Source: a virus
Length of the DNA stretch: 64,000 nt
Strand: one strand, 5' to 3'
IMG/VR virus record: IMGVR_UViG_3300036823_000120
Location: 30,583 to 94,582 of that record
The notes beneath the pieces are model-generated. The model searched no databases and had not been told where the DNA came from. It worked only from the letters and a program-made list of their open reading frames with translations. A program made the position numbers and the translations under genes. Numbering within the stretch: position 1 is the stretch's first letter; each line of letters begins with the position of its first letter. Positions 1 to 8,110 of this stretch are shown here, in pieces.

Positions 1-44
1 CAATTTCAAATGTTACTTTCATTTTGATTCCTAAAAGGATGAAG

Positions 45-147
45 TGGACACGTCGGGATCGAACCCGCACACGCGATTTAGTGCCATCTTACTTGCCAAT
101 GGTACTTACTTATTAGATTTCTCATTGGATTAATCGCAATCGTGCCC
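45..147 (-). ncRNA. tRNA-like RNA with Ala-type acceptor stem (G3:U70, A73) and T-loop, lacking a normal D arm and anticodon arm
   Basis: Minus strand GGGCACG...CGTGTCC-A forms a 7-bp acceptor stem. GGGTTCGATCCC T-arm is imperfect. Internal helix GCGATT/AATCGC encloses ~55 nt. Confidence 0.55.
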
Positions 148-286
148 AAAAGAAGGAACCGGACATTATAAGCCACTGTCCGATTCCTCGCAAACTTTTA
201 ATTTTACATAACTATTACTCCTCTCATATTAATAGACATAGTGTTTTATTTTAGTATAACGATACTAACCTAGTTCTAGGTTACAG

Positions 287-359
287 TACGGCAAGTGGGA
301 ATCGAACCCAACTTACATCGGCTTATAAGACCGAGCCACTTCCAAAGTGGTATTGCCGT
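287..359 (-). tRNA. trnI: tRNA-Ile(UAU)
   Basis: Acceptor ACGGCAA/TTGCCGT, D stem CCAC/GTGG, anticodon arm TCGGT-CT TAT AA-GCCGA, T-loop GTTCGATT, discriminator A. No encoded CCA. Confidence 0.85.
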
Positions 360-440
360 AACAAGCGATTCTAGTTTTTAGTGGTTCTTCTCAGTTTGCT
401 ACGCTGAGACACTCACTGTCTCCTATAATTGAGCAACAAT

Positions 441-815
441 TTAACCCTTTCGGATCAAAACAGCAATATATTTTTCTAAGGCTTTAACTTCCTCTTCATC
501 ATCAAGCGTACCAAACTCCGTTTCATAATCAAATCTAATGTCGCCCAAATACTGTAAAGCATCTTGCTTATCTTCACATTCGGAGATGGTTACATGAACT
601 TGCTTTATAAGGAAGTTATTTTGCCTTTCAGTCAAAACAATAATTCTTCCTTCTTGGTAAGTTCGTATTGCCTCTGCCAATTCAGGCAGAGACATAGAGT
701 AGATTGTTTTCGGGCCAGCAAAGTTTGCTGCAACCTTATCAGCAGCTTCTTCGCTTGGATAAAGCTCAAGTCTCCAATCTTCAGTACCAAGTTTCATCAG
801 TAAAACGTGATTCAA
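441..815 (-). CDS. hypothetical protein
   Basis: 124-aa ORF abutting its neighbour in the minus-strand operon. Confidence 0.7.
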   Translation of the reverse strand: MNHVLLMKLGTEDWRLELYPSEEAADKVAANFAGPKTIYSMSLPELAEAIRTYQEGRIIVLTERQNNFLIKQVHVTISECEDKQDALQYLGDIRFDYETEFGTLDDEEEVKALEKYIAVLIRKG

Positions 816-1276
816 AGCTTTCTCGCTTTCATGTAACTTGTGTTTTCATATGGAGCAAAGGCACCACAATCATCAGGAAAGTCATCGAAGACTTTTTCAT
901 AATGTGTTGGTGGCGGTGGAGCAGTGTCAACCGCCAAGAAGTAGCTATAAGCATCATGAAAATCTTTATCAAGATGAGTGAACATTCGTCCACTTCTTCG
1001 ATAAGTGTTTGGCATGATTCTGGCTTTAAAGCCAATCTTTTCAAGGATCTTAAGAACTTGTTTTGAGGCGTAGTAAGGAGTCATGTTAGGTGTTATGATA
1101 ACAACGATTTCAACTGGATCGTCATCATCGTAACAAATAAAATAATTTGGTCCTCTCCATACAGGCTCCCTGTACCACTTCTTGTCTTTGCAAAAAACTG
1201 TCGTGTGCGTTAAGCTCATTTGTTTCACCGAACAAAGATGTGCATGTAGCGTTTGCCATCTCCACCCATCGCCCAT
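812..1276 (-). CDS. hypothetical protein (start may be the internal MSLTHT)
   Basis: ORF fills the gap between neighbours. Its stop overlaps the next start. Confidence 0.6.
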   Translation of the reverse strand: MGDGWRWQTLHAHLCSVKQMSLTHTTVFCKDKKWYREPVWRGPNYFICYDDDDPVEIVVIITPNMTPYYASKQVLKILEKIGFKARIMPNTYRRSGRMFTHLDKDFHDAYSYFLAVDTAPPPPTHYEKVFDDFPDDCGAFAPYENTSYMKARKL

Positions 1277-1752
1277 GCAGCACCAGCGTAGGTGTAGTTA
1301 TCGTATACGTCGCAACTCATCCAACCATAAGAAGCAGGATAAGCAGCACAACCAGCAGAGGAGGCATAACTACCAGAAGGAAGAAATTGAAAATCATTGC
1401 CCGTATGCCCAAACATTTGCCTTGAGGCACGAAAGCTTGCACAGGATTGGGCGGCTTGAGTAAGACCGGCGTCGAATATGTACGGTCGCAACCCATGCAT
1501 CGCCCTCTTCGCATTGACTTCTGATAGAGCTTCATTCCCTCCCTCCGTAGGCTGTGAGTTGAAACTCACGGGTTGTGAGTTGAAACTCACGGGTTGTGAG
1601 TTGAAACTCACGGGTTGATAAGCCGGCTGTTGAAAATTACTTTGGCCTTGAACCGGATAATACTGAACCCGATTCCTACGAAGCAGTGGACCACTGTAAG
1701 CATCCACACTGGCCAAAAGCACAACCAAGCTACTCAGGATCAAACGCATCAT
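1225..1752 (-). CDS. secreted CAP/SCP-like domain protein
   Basis: RBS GGGAG before ATG at 1752. Signal peptide MMRLILSSLVVLLASVDA. CAP-like ALSEVNAKRAMHGLRP...LTQAAQ...FGH and YAGAAWAMGGDGKRY. Three QPVSFNS repeats. Confidence 0.75.
   Translation of the reverse strand: MMRLILSSLVVLLASVDAYSGPLLRRNRVQYYPVQGQSNFQQPAYQPVSFNSQPVSFNSQPVSFNSQPTEGGNEALSEVNAKRAMHGLRPYIFDAGLTQAAQSCASFRASRQMFGHTGNDFQFLPSGSYASSAGCAAYPASYGWMSCDVYDNYTYAGAAWAMGGDGKRYMHIFVR
1551..1617. repeat. 21-bp tandem repeat x3, coding QPVSFNS
   Basis: gggttgtgagttgaaactcac is repeated directly. Confidence 0.9.
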
Positions 1753-2071
1753 CCATCTCCCTTGACAAGTGAACACTTGACTGCACATTGCATCTAGCAC
1801 AGAACAACACCAAGTTATCCTGACTATTTGTGCCACCTTTACAAAGAGGTGTCACATGCTCTATTGTGGCTCTAGCCACTTTTTCAGTACGATCAGGTGA
1901 TAAAAGGTAATAGTTACTGTAACCACCAATCACCCAACCTAATAAGAGCTTATCACGATCTAGTGCAATTTTCACTTGACAAAGATGACAACACTCATTT
2001 TGTTTGGCCATAAGCATACGTTGTATTTGATACTTACGTCTGCTATGTATCTTCTTTCTCTCTTTACTCAT
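1730..2071 (-). CDS. HNH endonuclease
   Basis: CHLC ... ATIEHVTPLCKGGTNSQDNLVLFCARCN. Confidence 0.9.
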   Translation of the reverse strand: MSKERKKIHSRRKYQIQRMLMAKQNECCHLCQVKIALDRDKLLLGWVIGGYSNYYLLSPDRTEKVARATIEHVTPLCKGGTNSQDNLVLFCARCNVQSSVHLSREMDDAFDPE

Positions 2072-2201
2072 TAATCTACTTTCAGTAAGTAACCAATAAT
2101 AAATCCTATTGGCAAAAGTATAAGTAAGAAGATATACATTGGCAGATTATATTTTGAATATTCAATCAACCAATAATACAACTTGTCGATATTATTTATG
2201 A

Positions 2202-3209
2202 TCATGTTCGATATGTGGCTCCTATCGGGCCTGTTAAAAGATGCTTATTGACAATGCATCGTGGAATACGAATTCTTTTCTTCAAAGAATTTCCAACTCC
2301 ATAACGTTGCATACGATAGTATCCTCGTCTTGCATGTGCAGGAAGCTTACGTCCAGTATGCGTGCCAAGTTCACTTACATACTGATCTTCAGTGATAACT
2401 CGAACAAGTGGAGTTTCACGTTGAAGATCATATATAATTGGTTGGGCCAAAAGTTCTATCTTATTATTCTTAGTATGCTTGGTCTTTTTCTGGCACCATT
2501 TCACAAGCTTTGCATACTGGTTTGGTGCTTCCGGACCACACTTCTTGATTCCAACTTCATCAAGAAGTAAACAGTAATTCAATACTGCTCGTCGAACTTG
2601 TGCTTCACAAAGATACTCTTGTTCTGTCGTTGGTAATCTATCAAATTTATCATCAATAGAATAATCAGACTGACACCACTCTTCAAGTTCATCTTTCTCG
2701 TTGCCAGCCCACCAGCTTTTAAGTGAGTGAAACGGTTCTTTGTCAAAGACAATACTATGGATGAAGAAATTTTGCTTCTTATCGTGATGAAGCCACGCAA
2801 AAGCAGGCTTTGCATCACCACAAATTTTCTTTGCAGAATACTCTGCTGGTATTTCAATTACAATAGTCTCAAAAGGCATATTATAATCTTCACAAGCTAG
2901 AGTAAGCTGCATTTCTTCCAACATCTCTAACTGATAGCTTGTTGGTCGAAAGACTTTCGGTCCATTTCCAAAGATTTCGGCTGTAAGAAAGCCTTCAATC
3001 TTCATCAAAAAATCCATATTTGCCATAGTCAATAAGATTCGACCAGCATCATCACTAACCTTAGTTAGTGCTTCATCATTAAGCAGTACAGAAGTTTTCT
3101 TTCCTTCAACTTTCAGGTTCAATACCTTATGTTGACCAATTTCAACATAAGGTTTGATGTCAATTTTCATTTTCTGAAGTAATTCGTTGAGCGTCATTGT
3201 TAAGCTCAC
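2202..3209 (-). CDS. hypothetical protein with C-terminal HxRRGxxR motif
   Basis: 335-aa ORF ending in PAHARRGYYRMQRYG, a motif type common in uncharacterised phage proteins. Confidence 0.75.
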   Translation of the reverse strand: MSLTMTLNELLQKMKIDIKPYVEIGQHKVLNLKVEGKKTSVLLNDEALTKVSDDAGRILLTMANMDFLMKIEGFLTAEIFGNGPKVFRPTSYQLEMLEEMQLTLACEDYNMPFETIVIEIPAEYSAKKICGDAKPAFAWLHHDKKQNFFIHSIVFDKEPFHSLKSWWAGNEKDELEEWCQSDYSIDDKFDRLPTTEQEYLCEAQVRRAVLNYCLLLDEVGIKKCGPEAPNQYAKLVKWCQKKTKHTKNNKIELLAQPIIYDLQRETPLVRVITEDQYVSELGTHTGRKLPAHARRGYYRMQRYGVGNSLKKRIRIPRCIVNKHLLTGPIGATYRT

Positions 3210-3245
3210 TAGTTAAAGCGTTTCATGTTTTAGCTTTTGCCACAA

Positions 3246-3386
3246 TACCTCCGGTCGGACTCGAACCGACAGTTTCTCACAAGACCCTCACAACAAGTGA
3301 GTAGCTTTACAGGTGCCATGCGTCCAACGCTCGTGAGAGACACTTGGGTCTCGACCAAGCTGCTATACCCTTTTGCATACGGAGGT
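3246..3386 (-). tRNA. tRNA-Leu(GAG)-like RNA with a 72-nt variable region
   Basis: Acceptor ACCTCCG/CGGAGGT-A, D stem TGC/GCA, anticodon arm CTTGG-TC GAG AC-CCAAG, T arm GTCGG-TTCGAGT-CCGAC. Variable region is 3271-3342. Confidence 0.75.
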
Positions 3387-3394
3387 GTAGGTTC

Positions 3395-3613
3395 TTAACG
3401 TGGAAGATCATTTTCGCTAATATGAGTACTCCATTTTGCTTTTACTATTTCAAGTGTTTTAATTCTTTTTTGAAGTATTCTCACTGAAAAATTCTCATCC
3501 GCTTGTACTCTACAAGCTTCTAGCGTTGCTATAAAAGCGTCTAAGATATCTTCCTCTCCGTAGCCTTCGTCGAACATTGATTTAAATTTATCCACTAATG
3601 TAATAAGTGCCAT
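3395..3613 (-). CDS. hypothetical protein (MALITLVDKF...)
   Basis: 3' part of track ORF 3395..3865. The upstream part overlaps a tRNA, so the start is moved to ATG 3613. Confidence 0.6.
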   Translation of the reverse strand: MALITLVDKFKSMFDEGYGEEDILDAFIATLEACRVQADENFSVRILQKRIKTLEIVKAKWSTHISENDLPR

Positions 3614-3634
3614 TTTAATGCCCTTATGTTGGAA

Positions 3635-3709
3635 TGTCCCTGGTGGGATTTGAACCCACACTAAACAGATTTTAAGTCTGTTGCCTGCTACCAATTGGGC
3701 TACAGGGAC
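3635..3709 (-). tRNA. trnL: tRNA-Leu(UAA) with short variable loop
   Basis: Acceptor GTCCCTG/CAGGGAC-A, anticodon arm ACAGA-CT TAA AA-TCTGT, T arm GTGGG-TTCAAAT-CCCAC. Confidence 0.9.
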
Positions 3710-3880
3710 GAATGACAGACTACCACCGTTATTTCTTCGGTCTGTCAGCGAATTTTCGAGCGTCATTCCCTTGTTATCGGGATGCAATAGTTCTACCATT
3801 AAGTATTGCACTGAACTATTTAGCGACAGAGACAGTGGCTTTACTCTTGCGAAGCGGTGCTTCAAACAATTCTTCCCAGG

Positions 3881-4558
3881 TCATGCAACATACCTCTTAG
3901 TTCCAATTTGGACTGTGCAACCTTTGGCAAGCTTTTTACTACTTAACAATGTCGAGCTAACTTTAAAATTTGTATCACGAATGCCGCGAAAGGCAATGCT
4001 TTTCAGCGAAAACATTGGCTTCATCATTTTAATCACATCTACTATGTTTGATTCTTGACGGAACCAAGCATAATATTGTACATCAAGATGCCAAAGCTTT
4101 TGAAGCCGCCAGTTTGAAAAAACATCAAACAATTGTGCTCGTTCGGCTCGACTTGCTCGTAAGATCATATGTCGAATCGGTTGAGCAGATAGAATATTTG
4201 GACGTTGACTAAGATATTCAGGTGTTATATCTATCGTGGTATAAGCATCACCTAAGCGGCCATTAAAATAACACAAGTTTCGCTTTTCTTCAAGCTGATT
4301 TGGAGATTCTTGAGCATAATTTTTGTTCCAATTATGAATAATCATATCCAATGCTGAAACAATATTTGGTAAAAGCTCACCAGTAGAGAACGTTCTAATG
4401 ATCGTTTTAGTATTGATCCACTGCCGCAAAATAGACGATAGTTCGTGGTCGCGTGACTCGTCTGATTCGTCCAGACAATCACAGTAGATGAGGATGCCCG
4501 TGTCATCTCCATCGTTAATCGAGACTTTCCAATCAGGCAACAATGTCGGCATGTCCAT
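3881..4558 (-). CDS. TIGR02996 repeat-companion-like domain protein
   Basis: GGAG RBS before ATG 4558. DGDDTGILIYCDCLDE resembles the PDDxxRLVYADWLEE consensus. It is followed by ILSAQPIRHMIL and LRR-like segments. Confidence 0.55.
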   Translation of the reverse strand: MDMPTLLPDWKVSINDGDDTGILIYCDCLDESDESRDHELSSILRQWINTKTIIRTFSTGELLPNIVSALDMIIHNWNKNYAQESPNQLEEKRNLCYFNGRLGDAYTTIDITPEYLSQRPNILSAQPIRHMILRASRAERAQLFDVFSNWRLQKLWHLDVQYYAWFRQESNIVDVIKMMKPMFSLKSIAFRGIRDTNFKVSSTLLSSKKLAKGCTVQIGTKRYVA

Positions 4559-4647
4559 AGCTCCGGTGTGTACTGAATCATAGCACACATACAGACAGAT
4601 GGTAGCCCAGTTCACTCGATTTTTATTAAAGTACAAACGTTAGAATG

Positions 4648-5610
4648 TCACTCACATAGTGAGTCAAAAAGCTTATCTTCATCTGTAACAGGGCCATATC
4701 GCATTTCCATTTGAGCATCTAAAGCTTCACAACGTGCCATACTAGTTTCCTTAGACATTTCATCAAAAATGTATTCACTTTGTATTCCATACCAAGCAGC
4801 ATGTGCCCGTTTAAATAGATCATATTGAAAATCTACATTAACTAAAGCTCTGTGTTGAGCAATACGAATATCTCTACTCCCCATCCAATCTTTTGTGCAA
4901 CATATTTCATCAATTGCAACTACAAATTTACTACCAACTTCATTGCCAAGAAGCCAGGCATAGATACTCAACTGAGTTGCCCACTTCTTTTCAACAGAAT
5001 CAAGAGTTTCTTTTACATTAATTCGATAGCCTTCATGGTCCATCGGAAAAGCGTCTTTATGTGCATTACGATCTGGAAGACAGCGAATATAGCCTCTTTT
5101 TGGACTATAATTTGTCTTGGCATAAAAGCCTGTTACTTTCCAATCAAAAATGATACGTACACCATTAATTGTTAAAAAGTAAATATCAGGCTTTCCAAGC
5201 ATTGGTACTGCACCGATACCCTTTGATACGCATTCAACATAACCTTCAATTGATGTCTCAAACTTAGGCTTACCAAGACAGCCTTCTAAGTCTTTGAGAA
5301 CGTCAAGTAATCCTCCATGCTTTTGGTACAAGTCCCATACAATCTTACCATCAATCAAAGCTTGATCACGGTTATGGGGTTCAACTTGAGCTTCAAACAA
5401 AGTTGTGAACTCAAACTTTGGATCACGACCGACAGTTTTCTCATGGAGGTAACTCTTTGCATAAGCATCAAAAGCAGAGCCAACTGACATTGGACCAGTT
5501 TGTGGATCACGTTTCTTACGTTTTTCACATAAGTATTCCAAATAAAAAGTTTCTCGATTACTTTCCCAAAGAGCAAGACTAGTAGGACTTAAATAATTAA
5601 GCTTACGCAT
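4648..5610 (-). CDS. PD-(D/E)XK exonuclease (RecB/Cas4-like)
   Basis: YLSPTSL, GSAFD, GKPDIYF...IFDWKVT and QLSIYAW motifs. Confidence 0.8.
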   Translation of the reverse strand: MRKLNYLSPTSLALWESNRETFYLEYLCEKRKKRDPQTGPMSVGSAFDAYAKSYLHEKTVGRDPKFEFTTLFEAQVEPHNRDQALIDGKIVWDLYQKHGGLLDVLKDLEGCLGKPKFETSIEGYVECVSKGIGAVPMLGKPDIYFLTINGVRIIFDWKVTGFYAKTNYSPKRGYIRCLPDRNAHKDAFPMDHEGYRINVKETLDSVEKKWATQLSIYAWLLGNEVGSKFVVAIDEICCTKDWMGSRDIRIAQHRALVNVDFQYDLFKRAHAAWYGIQSEYIFDEMSKETSMARCEALDAQMEMRYGPVTDEDKLFDSLCE

Positions 5611-5809
5611 ATCGATTTCTCTTATCGGTTTTTTCTTTGTAAGTTTTATGATTTTTGTTTCTGTGAATATAAGAGACAAAGATCAATTCGCCATCACCTT
5701 GCTCATATACAGCTTCAATATCATCTGCAAAGCCATCAGGACATAAGAATCTAATATTTAGATTCTCATCTAAAGTTTCCAGCAAAGCTTTCATTGATTT
5801 AATAGTCAT
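5603..5809 (-). CDS. hypothetical protein
   Basis: 68-aa ORF translationally coupled to both neighbours. Confidence 0.6.
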   Translation of the reverse strand: MTIKSMKALLETLDENLNIRFLCPDGFADDIEAVYEQGDGELIFVSYIHRNKNHKTYKEKTDKRNRYA

Positions 5810-6168
5810 TATTTTTCCTTTTTAACTCCTTCACACGCAAGCTTCAACTCTTCAATCTCATCGCTAGTTAATGGAGTTACTTTTTTAATATCTCCTGTTA
5901 AAATCTGATCTGCTCTTGCAACTGAAATACGTTTTACAACTCTTAATAAAAGTTTGCGAATTGGTGCTGTTTTAGGTAAAACTGTTTCAAGCTCTTCAAA
6001 CAATTTTCCAACTGCAATATGTGGTGGTAAAACTGTTGGATCAATTCCAGATAGTTGTGATTCAGCTTTTGCAAACCATTTATCAAATAACTTCTTTATC
6101 AATCCAATAAGCCAGGGACCAATTATTTGCATAATTAATCCAAATATTACAGCCCATGTCATTAACAA
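5809..6168 (-). CDS. membrane-anchored hypothetical protein
   Basis: AAGGAG RBS. Hydrophobic N-terminus WAVIFGLIMQIIGPWLIGLI. Confidence 0.7.
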   Translation of the reverse strand: MLMTWAVIFGLIMQIIGPWLIGLIKKLFDKWFAKAESQLSGIDPTVLPPHIAVGKLFEELETVLPKTAPIRKLLLRVVKRISVARADQILTGDIKKVTPLTSDEIEELKLACEGVKKEK

Positions 6169-6174
6169 ATCTCC

Positions 6175-6639
6175 TTATTCTTGTGGAGTATTAAGTTCTG
6201 GTGAATCAATATGTTGTTGCATTGCTTCTTGTGAATCGTCACTATTTTTCTTTACAACACTTGCACGAAATTCTTCAAATGTTGCTGTAGCTGCATCTGG
6301 AAAACTATCAATCTTATTTAATTTTATATCTCCGCCAAGTCCAAGCTTAGCTCGAATCTTGCGTTTTGCATCTTCCTCAGTTGCTGAAGATGCACCAATT
6401 TTCTTAAGACCGTCTGCCGTTTCAACGGTAAAAAGATAAAACATTGTTCTATTTCCTGTTTTCGGAGTGTAGAGAACCCAACCACGATTCACATCAATGA
6501 GACGTGTATCAATTTCATTTCCTGTCAAAGCATTTCTACAAACAAAACGACGTTCATCTTTTGTAAAAAAGCAAACGCCAAGTTTTACATGCTTTACCAA
6601 AATATTTTCTGGTACTGGAAAAGACAACTCAAATGGCAT
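6175..6639 (-). CDS. hypothetical protein
   Basis: GAGGAG RBS and 154-aa ORF. Confidence 0.75.
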   Translation of the reverse strand: MPFELSFPVPENILVKHVKLGVCFFTKDERRFVCRNALTGNEIDTRLIDVNRGWVLYTPKTGNRTMFYLFTVETADGLKKIGASSATEEDAKRKIRAKLGLGGDIKLNKIDSFPDAATATFEEFRASVVKKNSDDSQEAMQQHIDSPELNTPQE

Positions 6640-6676
6640 ACTTTCTCCTCATGTTGAATTAGGAACCTCTTCCTAT

Positions 6677-6958
6677 TTATGATCCAGTAAGAGTAAAGCC
6701 ACAATCTTCTGGTATGTGACATTTTAAATGAAATATATATTTACTTCCTGCATTATAATATATTGCAATAAAATAATCTTGATTTTGACTTTTAACAGTG
6801 AATTTTGTACAAAGTTCAGTCAAAAGTTTCAAGAGAGTTGGATTTTCATCAAAATCAATTCTTGAAACCATAGTATTTGGTAATGGTGGATTATCACCAT
6901 AAAATACTTCAACATCCATGTATGAACCATTTGTAATTACAAGTGTCCATACTTTCAT
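6677..6958 (-). CDS. hypothetical protein
   Basis: AAAGG RBS and 93-aa ORF. Confidence 0.65.
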   Translation of the reverse strand: MKVWTLVITNGSYMDVEVFYGDNPPLPNTMVSRIDFDENPTLLKLLTELCTKFTVKSQNQDYFIAIYYNAGSKYIFHLKCHIPEDCGFTLTGS

Positions 6959-6998
6959 TATATACCTTTCATTATATTTAGTAATCTCTTATAGAATT

Positions 6999-7028
6999 TG
7001 CAGAATGGTATTTTAATACCATTCTGCA
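6999..7028. terminator. near-perfect 30-bp palindrome (terminator-like hairpin or operator)
   Basis: tgcagaatggtatt-tt-aataccattctgca, intergenic. Confidence 0.5.
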
Positions 7029-7053
7029 TCTGCTTCATCAGCAATTGAAAAGC

Positions 7054-7515
7054 TTAAATGGATTCATATTTTTGCCAATCATAATTATGTGCAGGCCAAA
7101 AGTAAGGTAAATTTGGACCTTCTGTCCAGCCAAATTTAGAGTAATAGTCTGGCACTTTACGTAGTAAGTTACTTCGATGTGAAGCGTGTAACTTAGGACT
7201 TCCAAGCCAAGGTGGTAATATTAAGTCTTCTTGCTTATCATGGTATGGTCCTTTAAGCCAACTCATGAATATAAGCCATGTAGAGTCGTTCTTATCGCGA
7301 TCTCTCCATACATCACAGCAAGTCATACCATAATGTAGTAAAGCGTCTACATATGGAACCCACATTTGGGCCACTGGATGATGAAACCATCCTGACTGAG
7401 TTACAATAGAGGTATATAAACATTTTACCTCTCTACGTTGATTGCCTAATCTACTATTATCAAGTGCTTGAGCACTTTCTCTAAAATTTGGACTAATCAG
7501 AAACGTCTGCATCAT
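7054..7515 (-). CDS. pyrimidine-dimer DNA glycosylase / endonuclease V-like (MSMEG_6728-type)
   Basis: MQTFL...LDNSRLGNQRRE...HHPVAQMW...PPWLG...HASHRSNLLRK...LPYFWP. Confidence 0.85.
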   Translation of the reverse strand: MMQTFLISPNFRESAQALDNSRLGNQRREVKCLYTSIVTQSGWFHHPVAQMWVPYVDALLHYGMTCCDVWRDRDKNDSTWLIFMSWLKGPYHDKQEDLILPPWLGSPKLHASHRSNLLRKVPDYYSKFGWTEGPNLPYFWPAHNYDWQKYESI

Positions 7516-8110
7516 TACACCTTTCTAAGTCCTTTAATCTTTTTCTTATGCGAGCTAAAACTTTTTGTACTTTTTTAGTACGTATTTGTAAAGCTATACC
7601 AATTTCTTTTGGCGTTTCATTTAGCAAATGATGTTCATACACTCGCCAATCAAGTTCTGTTCTAAGAGCACTTTGTAGACATTCAAAACATTCTATATCT
7701 ACATTTGTTGTTTGTACATCCTCCTCTTTAAATTCTACTGTTTCAGGTAACTGTTCACCTTTCTTTTTAATATACGACATAGTTGATGTGGCATATGGTG
7801 CCCAATATTCTTTGAGCTTATAGCCAATCTTCATGCGTATGTATGCAAGAGTGTTTTCTTTTTCAAAAAGTTCTTGTTTGAACTCTACGAATAAGATTAC
7901 TAGCCAGAAATTTGCTTCAGCTATACATTCATCTACAAATTGCAAATCTCTACTCTTGAAATTTTTTCTGGCAAAGTTAATTGCCGTTAGTCTTACTCTA
8001 CTCATAAGAAAAGCAACATTACTTTCGTCCAATTTAACATCTGTAAGCTCCGTAAAAAGTTTCAATTTCGAAGCATCCGGCGATAGAATACTTCGTACCA
8101 TTAGGGTCAT
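7493..8110 (-). CDS. sigma-70 family ECF/SigH-like sigma factor
   Basis: Region-2-like DECIAEA...LAYIRMKI..LKEY and region-4 HTH ETPKEIGIALQIRTKKVQKVLARIRKRL. Start is uncertain. Confidence 0.6.
   Translation of the reverse strand: MTLMVRSILSPDASKLKLFTELTDVKLDESNVAFLMSRVRLTAINFARKNFKSRDLQFVDECIAEANFWLVILFVEFKQELFEKENTLAYIRMKIGYKLKEYWAPYATSTMSYIKKKGEQLPETVEFKEEDVQTTNVDIECFECLQSALRTELDWRVYEHHLLNETPKEIGIALQIRTKKVQKVLARIRKRLKDLERCNDADVSD

Noticed and set aside
3614-3865. 5' extension of ORF 3395..3865
   Set aside because: It runs through tRNA-Leu(UAA) and a structured leader. The internal ATG at 3613 is more plausible.
4648-5610. Cas4 as part of a CRISPR system
   Set aside because: It lacks the Cas4 four-Cys cluster pattern and any cas context. 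It is a generic phage PD-(D/E)XK nuclease.
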